Notes: generated by a model from the sequence alone, not told the origin. 64,000 nt of DNA from Eledone cirrhosa (GCA_964016885.1 OZ024740.1:124620001-124684000); one strand, 5' to 3'. Shown: positions 25,708-40,516, counted from the stretch's first letter. Translations and numbers: made by a program.

Positions 25708-26169
25708 TATATACATGTGGGTAGAGCTGAAGAAATAGACTTTTCTCATCTGACTTCCCTGATATTAATGCAAAGAGGTGAACACTTAAAGACAACCATC
25801 ACAATAAAATAATTTACAGAACATCTAAACACTATATAATCATTATTACTATCATCTTTGCATTTGCTATATATATAGTAATAGTAATAATAAATGCCAA
25901 GACCAAAATCCAGTGAGGACTGAATAAGAATTGTATATATATAAATATATATAAACCCATAGAGCAAACATTTATCATTAGCACTGAATAAAAGTTGAAG
26001 TAAATAATTTATGCTTTCTCCTCTATACAGGATCTTCTGAAACAGTTTCAGAAAATCCTGTACAGAGGTGAAAGCAGATGATCATGGACTACTTGGACAA
26101 GTCTTTGTGTTTGGTTTAAACTGTTGTTGGTTGTAAAGACCTCCTATTGTTTGAAATTCGAAAGAAAAT

Positions 26170-28090
26170 CACTCATTGCTATCTTGAAAAGCATGAACCA
26201 GCATAAATGAGAAAAACAAAACGAAAAATGAGGAGCCAAAATATCCTTGTTTGGTTTCATTGGTCACATGAAAAAGTTCTGCATAGTCACCATCAGGGTT
26301 AACAGATGCATTAATTCCATAATGAATGGATATTATGATGTCAAGCATTTTCCTCAATATACCTAGTTTTTGAAGGACGATCCACAAGGAATCACAACAC
26401 AGTATTAAATGCCTTGTGGTTAACAAAGGTGACAAAGAGTTCTTTTCCATGTTCCATAAATTTCTCCTGCAGTTGTCTCAGACTAAACACCATATCAACA
26501 GTGCACAACCTGATCTAAACTTAGACTTTTACTCAGATAGCTCAGAATTTACCACAGAATAATTTAGGGAGTTCAGGATATCTTAAGCAAGTATCTTTTC
26601 CACAAACGACAAAAGTGAAATCTCTCTATGGTTGTTGTAAACACGACTGATATTCTTGTTTTTGTAAATTTGTACAAATGAGGCATTTGTAAACTTCTGT
26701 AGTACTGAACCACTCTTCCATACAGATGTTAAGAATTCAAAGAGTTTTGTCACCAGAGTTTGACCCCCATACTTGTATACTTCAATTATCAGACCATCAC
26801 TCCTGGATTCTTGCTGTAGGACAGTTGCCTGATGGTAGTTTTAATTTCTGGAAGTGAAAGATTGCTTGACAGGCATTGCAATAGAGGTTTCTGTGAAAGA
26901 TTGTTAACAATATCTTTATTAACGTTTGAGTCCCTATTGAGAACACTTGAAGATTTCAGCCTAAGTTTTGGTAATATCATGCTTGTAAGTTAATAATTCA
27001 TTTTCTAGAGAAAAGAGTGGAGAGGAGCTGCTTGATATAGTACCACAACTCCGTTAAGTTTCTGATAAAAGGATTTCAAATCAATTTTGCCAGCTTCTTC
27101 TTGGAAGGTTTTTGTCTTTTCTTTCAACCAGTTTTATTTCGTTTCATGAAGTTTGGCCCAAGCATGAATGTTTGCATCTTTAAAATCTTTGTTTTGAGGT
27201 TGAGTTTTTATCAAGCGTCCATGTACAGTGATGTTTATGCATGTCTTAAAGCAACGGCTGGACTTGTAGATCATTTGAATCAAATCAATCCTGGGGCATA
27301 TGATGGACATAATCTAATGATTCTTTTGTTATTTCAAAGAACATGTCTCTCAGATATATCTAAGAGGCCTCAATATCATCATTTATAATAATTTGAGGTG
27401 GCTTTGCTTCAAAAGAGTCGTTTAAGGGCTGTGCAATGCTTTTATTCTTTAATGTGCTGACATCTATTTTTTTACATAGAGCAATTGTTTGTGTTTGATT
27501 GGGCTTTAGAATTTTCCTCTTTAAGTGAGAAAGAATGAGCTTATCATCAGACCATGCTTCTCTTATTGAAAGAGCGCTAGTGAGATTTACAACGTGTCAT
27601 CTTGTCTGACATGTGATTCTATAATCAATTAAATGAGAGTGACCAGATCTTGGGTGTTTCCAGCTAGTCTGCAAATGATTAGACTATTGGAAGACTGTAT
27701 TTTGTAGTTTTGTAAGATTAAATTTTGTTTCAAAGTAATAGAAAAAGTAATACATTTGAGTTAATCTTTCCAATTCCGTTCCTACCTAAAACATTTGGCC
27801 ATGCCAGGTGGTCATTTCTCAATCTGGCAAGTCCTCCATCAAGAATAATTTATCACCAGCAAGCATTTTTCTGCACTGCTCTCAAAGACAGGAATTGAAT
27901 TCTTCTTTAATCTCAACTGACGAGTTTAGTGTTGGGGTATAGCAACTAAAAAATTAACAATACCATTTTCTTACTATTTTCATGCAAAACAGCATAAACT
28001 TGTAGTCGAAACATATAGGAAGTGATTCAAGTTGTTTTATTAAATCCCTTCTAATAGTAAATCCCACACCAGCTCCTTTTACAGTTGAGT
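26170..28090 (-). mobile_element. Heavily decayed RTE/BovB-like LINE of another family
   Basis: Remnants LWIVLQKLG, TKQG, FSLRQLQEK, EIKTTIRQLS..KNPG, and APE-like GVGFTIRRDLI / CYTPTL. Confidence 0.7.
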
Positions 28091-29450
28091 GCTTTGTGAT
28101 GTAATGGAGAACAGAGGCCCTGACACTAACTTAGGGGGACTACCAACCCAGACCAAGGCTATTTGCTGAAACTTAGTCTACCTCAAATTCCAGACCACAC
28201 TATACACTGCTACATATACCCATATCGACCAACAAGATTTCTGATGGTCTTTCTGACAAGTTTTATGCATCTTCATGATCCCTCTGTTTCTACTTGACCT
28301 TCTATATCTTGTACTGACTGAGTTTTTACCATTATAGTTTAGTATTTTTTCTAGTATTTATATTAAAAGTTACATCTCAGACCTTATATTACATATTAGT
28401 CAATTTCATTTTTATTTTTATTTTTTATCTTATGTCATTTTATTTCATTGCAATGGATTTAGGGTTTCTATTATAGCTTTTATTATATTATATATTTCAA
28501 ATATAACTTGTGTACACCTTAACCTACAGGTTATCTTACACCTCATATGTGACACCACATGACTTGGTAGGGGCCCCATTCCAATAGCTTCAATGAGGTA
28601 TTAATCATTATCATTCATTAATTGCATTTCACTATCTCTTTTACTTATTTGCCATCCATTAATTATATATCTAATTATCCCCCCCCCCCCCACCCCACCC
28701 ACTCAAGAAATTCACTCACTGCCTAATAATCGATATAGTTCTCTTGTATTATAACTACACAGGGACATCATACTACAAAATGTAAAATTTATCATTAATC
28801 TACACCTTAGCTTTCTCTAATCCACATGGAATCTAATATTGAGCAACTCATAAGACCCAACACTAGCTAAGGATTTAATTCAATTTTAATTTTATTCTAA
28901 TTTAACTTCATTTTATTTTATTTTTATTTCTTCAATTTTACTGTCAACTACATACTTGCATTTCTACACATCCCTCACACTTCTATCATCATGATTATTA
29001 ACATCACTGTTATTAATATTTATTTTGTACATATTACATCACCAACTGACCATCTGAGGACTTTCCAAGTTACACACAGGACACCAGGATTTCTTTCCAT
29101 TCCTTGAGTGTTTTGAATTAACTAATTAATCAATTAAAATACCCATCTTCAATATATGAATATACTCAGTACTGGTATATCATATTTTGGACCTTGAAGA
29201 GATGAGGAGAGTCATTACGTCAGTTGCTATAGAACGCCAAACCATGATTTTTGTCTTTTCTTTCATAATGTAAACACACACATTATTGTGTGAACTAGAT
29301 TACTACCCTTAATCAATTATTTTAACAAAACACTAGTAATTACTAATATATATATATATATATAATAAAGAGGGTGTGGTAAGATACCAGGTGGACCATA
29401 ACGTGCCAGAATATTCAATACTTAGGGTAGTAGACTGGGTAATAGGAAGT

Positions 29451-29537
29451 GTCAGGACCCAATGACTGAGCTCTGGTGGTTTCGACAGCTAGATCTAGCT
29501 GTCAAAATGGCCAGATCTCAGTCGTCAGGATCCTGAC
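29451..29537. repeat. ~87-bp fold-back palindrome centred on GCTAGATCTAGC
   Basis: GTCAGGA..ATGACTGAG.TCTGG..TTTCGACAGCTAGA pairs with TCTAGCTGTCAAAA..CCAGA.CTCAGTCGT..TCCTGAC. Confidence 0.9.
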
Positions 29538-29672
29538 TCTTTTTATATATATATGTTGATGCCCTAAGGACAGACACAGGTCTCTTGGAGAGGCAGGAGA
29601 TAGCAGCGATGATGAGGGACAGAGACCGCTGGAGAGAACTCGTCCATGGATCTCAGGAATTTTACCTGCCCT

Positions 29673-29812
29673 ATATTTAATATAGAAATGGCTTCTACAG
29701 GACTAGAACTGTTTTATACGAATGTAGAAGCCATTTCTATATTAAATATTTATACTCTGCTGTGTATTGAGTACCTTACTTACTGTAGTTACCCCCGATT
29801 GAACCCAGGATA
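29673..29812. mobile_element. Fold-back remnant of a PLE terminal repeat (same family as 61172-61320)
   Basis: 29725-29812 is the reverse complement of 61176-61268; 29673-29699 is its inverted duplicate and forms a hairpin. Confidence 0.75.
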
Positions 29813-29823
29813 CACACACACAT

Positions 29824-29954
<131 letters not shown>

Positions 29955-30059
29955 ATTATACACTTTTCTTAATATATTTTTTATGTAATGTATTTTTTGT
30001 AATTAATTTGTGTTCACTTACGTAACACAAATTTCAACTCAACTTTCATTACTTTTTAC

Positions 30060-30335
30060 AAACAGATGATAGTTCGATGGGGCCAAATCAGGAGAGTAGG
30101 GCAGATAATCAACCAGTATAAAGCCATGCACAGTAGCCATGAAACAAGGACGTGTGTGCTGAAACAAGATCCCTTTCATCAGTTTTCTTCAGTGTTTGGT
30201 CTTGATAGCCTTTTGTAACTGCCTCAGCAAGTTGGCATAGTACTCTCCATTGATGGTGTGACTCTTTTGATGATAGTCAATAAACACAATGCTTTTTGTA
30301 TCACCCAAAACTGAGGCCATCATTTTCCCTGGAAA
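30060..30335 (-). pseudogene. Mariner transposase fragment
   Basis: Minus-strand translation: SIVFIDYHQKSHTINGEYYANLLRQLQKAIK...LPYSPDLAPSNYHLF (YSPDLAP motif), with a stop and a deletion. Confidence 0.85.
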
Positions 30336-30781
30336 TGAAATGTAAATATATATAGAGAAATGACATCTATAGGACTAGAACGGTTTCATTTGTATGAGAT
30401 CCTCAATCCTGATAATTTCATATGAATGAAACAGTCCTGTGGAAATCATTTCTAAATATAATAAAAATGCCTATTCTCTACCAACGTATTGAGTACCTTC
30501 CTTTACTGTCGTTACCCACAACACTCCTTGAGAATCTATATAATATATATATAAATCCTTCTCGCTCTTCCTTAAATAAATAAATAAATATATATATAAG
30601 CCCAAGTAAATGTAATCCTTGTTCCGACACTCAGTTTTGCCAACTAGATACATACCACACTAGACATAATCCAACCCATACCCAACACTCCTAGCATAAC
30701 AACAATCAAACCTACACCAATTACTGGTATGGGTTAAAGGACATTATCGGGTTGTAGCTGATATATTACATGATTTTATGT

Positions 30782-30848
<67 letters not shown>

Positions 30849-30866
30849 TATACATACATACACACT

Positions 30867-30907
<41 letters not shown>

Positions 30908-31352
30908 TTATACATATATATTTGCATATCCATAAATCATATATATATATATTACACACTCCTACTCACATATATACCACATGCAGTCATGTTTTCTTTT
31001 ATTTTACTGGTTTCTCCTCTTAATTTATAATAAAATATTTGCTAAGAGTATTTGTTTGAAAAGGTGATGTAGAGTGTGTGGCATTATATATTAACAAGAC
31101 ATACTAATAGCAAACCTTTAAAAAATTTTCCGTGCATCAGTATAAGTCTATTTGACAGGAAGTGATCTAACTCAGCAGAGCTTGAAATATCTTGAAGTTG
31201 TAGTTGACAGTTAAGTTAATTTGATTCAACAGAAGATTTTGCCATTCTTATTGACTGACTAACACAAGATCCCAGTTTGCTTCAGTGAGGAAAATACTTG
31301 CCATTCCAATGAATGGAAACATGAAATGACTTATATAACTTTCATTTTCAAG

Positions 31353-31466
31353 ATGAACTGCCATACCAATTATTTACATAACTGGTATTGTAATAGTAAT
31401 AGTAGGAGTAGAGTGGTTGAGTACTCTGTTCTGAGAAGATTTTTGTCAACTTCAAGTTCAAACATT
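31353..31466 (+). CDS. Candidate exon (phase 0-0), unidentified
   Basis: Acceptor ACTTTCATTTTCAAG, 38 open codons, donor GTAAGT at 31467; no recognisable homology. Confidence 0.2.
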
Positions 31467-32421
31467 GTAAGTAAGTATGTTGTATAGCTATATAAAATGT
31501 TGATGAAATGGCAGAGTTATTTCTTGGTATTTGTTCCAGGTCTTTGCAATCTGTGTTCAAATCTCACCATGGTCAACTTTGTATTTCACCCTTTTGGGAT
31601 TGAGAAATAAAGTACCATTTCATTAGTAAGGGTTTGGTGGAATTGTTAAAGAGATGCTGTTAAAAAGATGCTTTGCAGTATCTGATCTGGTTCTGTGTGT
31701 TCTGAGTTCAAATCCCAACATTTGCCAGGTGTTTTACTGTCAGATACTATCAGAAATTGAAGAATCAATGGGAACAGTTTCCTTGGTCTGATCTGACAAT
31801 CATATCCTTTCCTTTTTTAGTTATATATGAAAAATTTAAAGAGCTGAATATAGAATTTACAGTTGTTACAAGAATCAGATTTATATAAAGCTAATGACCA
31901 AGTGTCTATTGAATAGAGATAGTAATCAAAACTCAAACTTAAAGAAATAACAAAGGGAAGAAAGATCAGAAAATGCAGCCTTAGATATGTAAAAAGATGG
32001 GTTGGATATCGCTGGAAACCAATTGACCCCCGCATTTTGATTAAAACTGAATTGGGGGTAACAACAATGAGATCTTGTATCTTTATAAAAAGAATAATTT
32101 TCATTTGTCAGTCTGAGGTAACTACACTTGCAGGATCTCCTTGGATGGTGAGGTCAGTACAGTTGTTCATCTTGAACTTCTGCTGGTCAATACCTTTTGA
32201 GAGAAGGGGTTCAGAGAGTAGAGTTTTAGGGACAAGAGTTCAAGGGAAAATAACTATTATGGGGGCAATTTGGCTCAGATATAAAACAATAGAATTGGAT
32301 TAAAAAAAATAAATTCAGGTATTACAGAGTACATAGTTTGCTACACAAGTTTAGGTGCAAACCCACAATATGGATGTATACTTTTTATCAAAATGTTGAC
32401 CAAAGCTTTGTAAATGAAATC

Positions 32422-32510
32422 CTTCTTCTTCTTCTTCTTCTTCTTCTTCTTCTTCTTCTTCTTCTTCTTCTTCTTCTTCTTCTTCTTCTTCTTCTTCTTC
32501 TTCTTCTTCT
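32422..32510. repeat. (CTT)n microsatellite
   Basis: Perfect trinucleotide run. Confidence 0.98.
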
Positions 32511-35140
32511 AAGCACATGTCAGTAGTATTGGATCTATGATCTCTCAATTTGGATAAGTAGTGGCTCTCTCTGGAGCGCATCTCTGACATGGAGGAGGCT
32601 ATGCTGTGGAATGTTGAGGGAAGTGTAAATGAAAAGACCATCTCAGCTAACACAAGCACTAGCTACAGCATTGATTAGTGTAATTAAAATTCAATAATTT
32701 CAATGAGAAAATGAAATAATAACTTGACAAAAGTAGTAGTGTTCTTGAATAAATTATTTACACTACTTAGTTTCTTTCTTTTACATTCTGAGTTCAAATC
32801 TTCTCAAAGCTGATTCTCTGTTCCATCACCCCAAGAGCCTATAAAATAAATATCAGGATTATACCTGGTTTAATTTAAGCAGCTTCGTCTCATTTCTTAT
32901 TGAATTAGACTTGGCATCTATTACAGAAAAGTCAATATTTCTAATGAGGAATACAAATTATATAGTTTAAAAGGTAAACATGAATATACAATCTCACCCT
33001 CTCTATATATCTTCATTTCTCTCATACCTGATAGACACTGTATGTCTACATTGAATAAATAAACTTAATTTCTAAATACTTTGAACTGACAGCTAAACCA
33101 AGAAGCTGACAAAAGAATGAAGCAATAAAAACTATTAAAAAAAATAAAACAAGCAAATAAACCAAAGAGAAAAGACCATCTCTGAACAGTCTAAGTCTAG
33201 ACATTTAAATTATATAGGTGATTAAAATTCCTGAGAAACAACAGAACAATACTTTTAATATTCTTCATTAAAATCAATACATTTTTATAATAATTATAAA
33301 GTTTCATTGAATCATCACCATTAAGTATATGTGTGTGCATATTTTGTAATGAATTCTTGTGATATTTCTGTTGACTATCTTACAGTGTCTCCAGATTGTA
33401 ATACCTGCTTAGTGGTTTGTCTATATAACTACTGTTGAGACAACCTTACTGTTTTCTCTTTTCCATAGCTGATAAAGGTTGACAGTGAATTGGTAGAGTT
33501 GTTAAAACATTGGTTAGAAAGATATATGATATTCATTTCATATCTTAGTACTCTGAGTTCAACTTTACCATTCATTTCTTTTGTTGATAAATAAAGTAAC
33601 AGTCCAGTACTGGAGTTGGTTCTGTCTTTCTCTCTCTCTCTATCTATCTCACTTTCTTTCCTTCTCTTTCATGGGAGGAAATCAGCTGTGCTTGGACTTG
33701 AAAAGGAATGCGTTCCAACAGGTTGAATATTTCCAAGATATGATGGTGCCTCTATAGCTTCATCAAGGGTAAAAGGCCAAAAGAATTGCATTAAAATGAA
33801 GCATATTTTGGATGACAAAGCTATTAATAGGAACAGAACTGGATACTACAGGCCATCTTTCTCAGCTTGAGAGAATGGTAAAAGGACCAAGGGGATAGTA
33901 AAAAGCCAGATAGCATGAAAATCTTCCCATTCTGCAGTGGCAGGCTCCTTATCTGGAATGCCACTTGTTGTGACACCTTCTCCAGGGGCAACCTAGTTAC
34001 CAACCCAGTCTTCACTGGTCATCAGGGCAAATAGGGCAAGCTGTCCAAGTACTGGCCTCTCTCTAATAGGTTTGTGGTGGAGCTTGTAGCAGTAGAAATT
34101 TCTGGCATTCTTGGACCTTAGACTACATCCCTAAACACGGCTATCGGGGCAGAGATGGCTACCTGCAAGTGCGAGCCCTGCAGGTTGGAATATCGACAAG
34201 GAACACAAGATGGACTAACAGATAAACAGTGAGTAGTAAATACATATAAATGTTACCATTACACGAACACGCCACCCATGCTTCCTTCCATTTAATTAGA
34301 AGCTGTATAACCATAGCAGGTATATATATACATATATGTATATAAATAGGCAAAGCAAAGATGTGGGTTAATGTCCCTTGTACATCAATACTCATCCTTT
34401 TTTCCATTCAGAGATTTTTTTTAAAACCCCAACTCACAGATTAATTCTATTTAGTCAAATGTCGCGTAAGCATATGTTACTACCTAATATATATATATAG
34501 TATGTTGTACACAATTTTAAATAATTTTTGGATAATATGTATTAGGTTTGCCTGGAGTCTAATATTCCTATGCACTGCTAAACAGAAATTATATTAAATC
34601 TATGTTTCTGCATCTGCTGGTGGCCAAATTTTTGATACTGTTACAATGTTTATATATAAAGCAATAAGATTTATTCCTCACTGACTGCTCCATTAGTGAA
34701 GCAACAAGGAAATAATGCTGTACAAATAAAATATATTTATATATTTTATATATTATATACACTATTTAATTGGTATTTTTTTTATTGGTTTTTATTTTGT
34801 TTCGTTTTAATTTATTTAATTCAGTGTAACTAAATTTTTTGCTGATACTTTCAATTAATATCCATGGATAAATAAACACTGCCTGATAGGTAAAGTGAAT
34901 GAACAAATAGAGATTTCTAGCTTTATATGACCACATGTAGGAAAGAGATGTAACTAACTGATTCAGTTGATGGCCACACAAGACTTGACAGATGTGAGCA
35001 TGCTATCTTAAATATAGGACATTTGTCATTTATATTGACTGATTAATTTTATATGTTGATTAAGTAGTATATAATCTTGTTGTGTATGCACACACAAACA
35101 CACATATAAATACATATATAAATATATAAACTTAATACAC

Positions 35141-35218
<78 letters not shown>

Positions 35219-35425
35219 AAGCTGGAAATAGACCTGGAAAGGGTCTATTTTTCGTTTTTGATTCATCAAAAAATAACATTATTGAAAAAACGAGAGGAAA
35301 ATTTATTTAAAGAAAAAAGTTTTATAATGTATATAAAGTATATGAAGAATTACCGGTTTCGATGTATTGTTAAAATCCATCTTATCAAATGTTGACTATT
35401 GAAATAAAAATTAAAAAGAAATAAT

Positions 35426-35610
35426 TGTTTCTACTTTAGGCACAAGGCCAGCAATTACCCAGTGCATTACTGGTACTTTATTTTATCGACCCCGTAAGGA
35501 TGAAAGGCAAAGTCAACCTCGGCGGGATTTGAACTCAGATCGTAAAGGGGCGTAACTATGCTGGAAAGCATGGCGTCCGACCCTCTACTGATACTGCCAA
35601 TCCACCGCCC
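35426..35610 (-). mobile_element. tRNA-derived SINE with a Meta-type central domain, 18-bp TSD
   Basis: B box GAGTTCAAATCCC, domain GCCTTTCATCCTTACGGGGTCGATAAAATAAAGTACCAG; flanked by AAATTAAAAAGAAATAAT at 35408-35425 and 35611-35628. Confidence 0.85.
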
Positions 35611-35909
35611 AAATTAAAAAGAAATAATAGGAGTTAAAAACTAAGGATTTAAAATTAAAATCAAATGTTCCAACAGTTGAATAAATAAATTTTCTTCCAT
35701 CCTTCTTGCTCAAAATGTGGTGGTAAGAGAAGATAGCAGTAGTTGTGTTTCTTCACAGCCTGTGTGTGTATATATCTGATTGTGTTAATTGACTGGCCAA
35801 GAGTTCAAAAGGGGATGGGATATTGTAAGTCAGAGGTAGGTTCTGTGAAACAGCAGGAGTGTAGGAGAAATCCTATTATTGGAATGTGGTTTTGGGGTTT
35901 TGGGGTGTT

Positions 35910-35943
<34 letters not shown>

Positions 35944-35949
<6 letters not shown>

Positions 35950-37162
35950 TAAATAACAGATTAAAGTTTAAGCAAAGAATCGCTGCTTTCATCCTTAACG
36001 GGATCTTCTGAAACTAACAAAGTCAATCTGTAAACGCAGAACTGGATATTTCATAAAACGTTGCAACCGGAGGAAGACAGGAAGACGATACTTTGGTTCG
36101 TGGTAACGTTCGCTGGCAAAGAACGGGAAAAAACGAATAATACGTCATTAATAGGAGCGGTGATAAACAATTACGCGCAAAGACAGAACCACGTTTATGG
36201 TATAAAAGAGGTCGTAGACTAATGTTCTCTTAGGTGGTGCATAGAGACGTTCTCTGGCAATGAACGAAAAAACGAATATAATAAGTCATATGTGGAGCTG
36301 CGTCTGCGTGAGTATGGAGGTTCGTGTGTGTATATGTGTACTTCTTGTTTTAGTTGACTTACGTCTCCGAACATTCGTGTATTTATATGTAGGTATGTGT
36401 GTGCGCTTGTTATATACGTATTTATTTACTTATATACGTTTATATAATTATTTATTTATTTGTACACAAGCATACACACACACACACATTTATATGTGCG
36501 TGGTTTTGTATACCTATGGTAAGGTTTTGCGTATGCTTGTGTATGTACGTATTTGTTTGCGTGTACGTATTTATTTACTTCTATTACTTCTGTATTGTAT
36601 TTATTTACTTTGTTCTTAACTCTGTAGCGGAGATTCATTTGGTCTCCTAGTTAGAATTTTAGTCTACGATTTCTGCTATACCATTTACGTGGTTTTCTTT
36701 TTGCGTGCTATTGTTCTCCACGCTCCACATATGACTTATTATCTTCGTTTTTTCGTTCATTGCCAGAGAACGTCTCTATGCACCACCTAAGAGAACATTA
36801 GTCTACGACCTCTTTTATACCATAAACATGGTTCTGTCTTTGCGCGTAATTGTTTTTCACCGCTCCCATTAATGACGTATTATTCGTTTTTTTCCCGTTC
36901 TTTGCCAGCGAACGTTTCCACGAACCAAAGTATCATCTTCCTGTCTTCCTCTGGCTGCAACGTTTTTTGAAATATCCAGTTCTGCGTTTACATATTGACT
37001 TTGTTAGTTTCAGAAGATCCGGTTAAGGGTGAAAGCAGCGATTCTTTGCTTATACTTTAATCAGTTATTTAATAAATATTTGCTCTACGGTTCTTATATA
37101 TTTGATATATATTTATCCTTATCGAGCCCTCTTTGGATTTTAGTCTTCAATTTTATTATTAT

Positions 37163-37168
<6 letters not shown>
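35944..37168. mobile_element. Solo PLE 3' terminal region with an inverted partial copy (family of 57830-61125)
   Basis: 36300-37150 is the reverse complement of ~57830-58690; 35944-36298 and 36722-37076 are inverted repeats; flanked by (TA)n. Confidence 0.9.
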
Positions 37169-37220
<52 letters not shown>

Positions 37221-38832
37221 GGAGTGTGTGTGTGGGAGAGAGAGAGTAAGGGTGCACATGTGTGTGTGTTTTTCAGTCTGTCTGTCACAGTCCCTTTATC
37301 AATACACACATGTGTGTGTGTTGGGGGGGGGGGGGGTATTTTTCAGCCTGTCTATCACAGATCCCTTTGTGGTTAAGAAAATTGTCAAAACTTAAAAACT
37401 AAAATCCAAAGGATTCTCAGAATCCAAAAATTCAAAAATTAAAAATAATTCTTTAAGTAAAAGGCAGAGTAGAGTATCAGTAGAATGGACAGTCACTTTT
37501 GCAATGAGTAATTTTTTCTCTCTTACTTTGTGGTGTGTATGTGTGGGTATATATATGAACCTGTTTTCGACGGACCAACTCCTAAACCAGAAAGACGAAC
37601 TGGTAACTGCATGCAAACACAGATTGCGTAGGACTTACCTAGCCCTCAAACCCCATAATGACCGGGGGGGGCGGGGTAGACAAGGGCTGTAAGACCCCAC
37701 TTGCCGACGTTGTAATGGGTAACCCCTGCTTGCAAAGGTAGACGTATGATCTTCTTTTATATCTTTTTATCGCTTCCTCTATATTTCCTTCTTCCCCCCA
37801 TCCCTTCCTAGTCCTTCCACCCCAGTCCTCTTTCTTTGTCGTCGTCCTTTTCACTTTCTCGCCCACCCGAGGCACCCCCTCGGTCCTTTGTAGCCTCAGT
37901 ACCCCCACCCCTTCCCCTATTCTATGATAGAATTGGCCGACTCCGCTTTTTATAGCAGATGTGATAGACCCCCGGATACTTGCCTTCTTATCCGATGGCT
38001 GCCCCTTTTCCGTGCTTTCTACATTTCTTAGTGGTATCTTTGCTTTAATTTCTCGTATATCAGTATTTATCTTTTGGGGTGGGGTGGGGTGTGGGGATTC
38101 TGAATTAATTTTCCGTATCGAATTTTTCATATACTTCGTACGAGCATTTATGTAGTTTGCACTAGAATTTTTGTATCGTAGCGGCTCCCATAGAGATAGT
38201 ATTAGTATTCATTTTCGGGATTCTGAATTATTATTTCGTATTAGTTTATTTTTTTGCACTGGGTGGTTGCTGGCCTTGTGCCTAGGGTACAAACAATTAT
38301 TTCGTATTAGTCTCGGGACTCTGAATTATTATTTCGTGGTAGTTCCATTAGTATTTTGGCCCCCCACTTGTTGACCTGTCACCATAAGTTATACTCGGTT
38401 GATTACTACTAACTCTTAAAATGGTCTCATTATAATTCCGTCCCACCTAGTAAACCTTTCTATTGTTTAGCAGTACCAGTGAGAGACTTGATGACTGTCG
38501 TTAGGGAATAGTAACCAGAAATTGTTATTTTCTTTTTTTTTTTATACCTTTAACATTCTCGGTATTCTTCTATATATTTACCCCATATTGTTTTACTTAT
38601 TGTTTCGACTTCCTCCCCCTCCCTCTCCCTAGTATACTTGCTTGACCTCCTGCCCTGCTGTAGTTGGCACTATCAACGCACGACTGGGTTTCCTCCACCC
38701 CCTCTCCCTCTTTCTTCTACTGGCAGGTTCAGCTACCCCTTCCTTCCACAAATTGCCATGATAGAATTATGTGTCTCAACAACAAACTTTTGACCAATCC
38801 TTGTGACAATCACTTTTACCATATATGGAATT

Positions 38833-38928
38833 ACCCCCTGAGAAGCTCGGCTATTCATATACCAGGCTAAAAATGTTCATTTAGTCCAGAATTAGCAGTC
38901 GAAACGGGTTGAGTTCAGCCGTCGGGGT
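38833..38928 (+). ncRNA. Type I hammerhead-like motif with a variant core (CUGAGAA)
   Basis: Stem I ACCCC/GGGGT, CTGAGAA, long stem II, GAAA-CGG...CCG-TC. Confidence 0.55.
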
Positions 38929-40338
38929 CCTACTCGTTCCTATTACCCACTCTACTACCCTAAGTATTGAGTACTTTGGTGCGTTATGGTCCACCTGGTT
39001 CCTTACCATATTTCCTTCGTTATCTAGCTTCTATTCCCGTAGTAGAGCACTTTCCGACCCTACCACGCCGTATCCAGACTTTTCCGCTAAGCTCAAGTTC
39101 TTTCACCCGCACCATGCGAAAACACAAAATCGACTTCTCCACCAAGAACATCCCATTTCGACCGAAACATTTTTACCTTCAGATGCTCACGCAAAAAATC
39201 GACCTCTTTGCGAAAATACTTAGATGGAGAACTTTTTTCTACGACAGACATTGCGACAATCAGGACTTCAGTACCAAGGAGAGATTCGGATTTAATAGCT
39301 ACAAATCTCCCCCTCCGAACCCTATGCTCTCACCCTTCGAGAATGACCTTTTTCCAACTGGTCAAGAACATTAAATTCAAACCCAGACACAACCGATTCC
39401 TACAAAAACTCCGTAGCAACTTAACAGAGTATGATAACACCAATGACATCATGGTGCACTCGGATAAAACTGGTAACCTCTACTTCGTCAACCACGACAG
39501 ATACCACACACTGATCAGGAGCAGCCTAAACTCCACCTATAAAAAGGCTAACCACTCTTGCATCGAGGATATAAATCGAGATGGACAACAAATTACCTCC
39601 AGCCTCGGGGTCGCCGACCGCACGGAACCCCTAGACCCACGAACACCCTACTTCACACTGAAGGACCACAAATCCGATTTCGACCGTAAACCTTCTATCA
39701 GGCTTATAAACCCAACGAAGTCCGACATAGGGAGAATCAGCAAAAAAATCCTAGACCACGTTATACCAAAAGTTAAGCAACACGCCAGACTTAGCCTATA
39801 GGTCAACACCCAGGAAGTAATCTCATGGTTCAGCAATATGGAGGACAAACGAGACACAAAATTCATCCAGTTTGACATAGAGAGTTACTATGCTTCAATT
39901 ACCTTACCGCTACTTACGGCTACCTTGGACTTTGCCGAAACACTTGCGCCCATCACCGACCAGGAAAGAAACATCATCCTCCACGCCAGGAAGACAGTCC
40001 TACTCTTCGACAACTCCAAATGGATAAAGAGAGCCCCCGATTTTTTTTTATACCTTTAACATTCTCGGTATTCTTCTATATATTTACCTCATATTGTTTT
40101 ACTTATTGTTTCGACTTCCTCCCCCTCCCTCTCCCTAGTATACTTGCTTGACCTCCTGCCCTGCTGTAGTTGGCACTATCAACGCACGACTGGGTTTCCT
40201 CCACCCCCTCTCCTTCTTTCTTCTACTGGCAGGTTCAGCTACCCCTTCCTTCCACAAATTACCATGATAGAATTATGTGTCTCAGCAACAAACTTTTGAC
40301 CAATCCTTGTGACAATCACTTTTATCATATATGGAATT

Positions 40339-40435
40339 ACCCCCTGAGAAACTCGGCTATTTTATATACCAGGATATAAATATTCATTTAGTCCAGAATT
40401 AGCCGTCGAAACGGCTTGAGCGCAGCCGTCGGGGT
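40339..40435 (+). ncRNA. Type I hammerhead-like motif with a variant core (CUGAGAA)
   Basis: Stem I ACCCC/GGGGT; stem II CGGCTA/TAGCCG; GAAA; stem III CGGCT/AGCCG; GUC triplet at 40428-40430. Confidence 0.65.
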
Positions 40436-40516
40436 CCTACTCGTTCCTATATATGAACCTAAACATCGAGTGCTCTCCCGGGTGAACCTGCAGTAACTCC
40501 AAGTTACACCCTCTGG

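Noticed and set aside
26027-26062. 36-bp hairpin overlapping a strong-looking splice acceptor
   Set aside because: All frames stop within ~50 nt and there is no good donor; not enough evidence for an exon or structured RNA.
32338-32659. Poly-Leu and poly-Glu ORFs
   Set aside because: Artefacts of the (CTT)n microsatellite.
34000-34030. Minus-strand CTGATGA followed by a CCAGT/ACTGG hairpin
   Set aside because: Followed by GTTG rather than GAAA and no stem III; not a hammerhead.
37639-38130. 163-aa Lys/Gly-rich minus-strand ORF
   Set aside because: Antisense to the pyrimidine-rich PLE UTR; no domain motifs.
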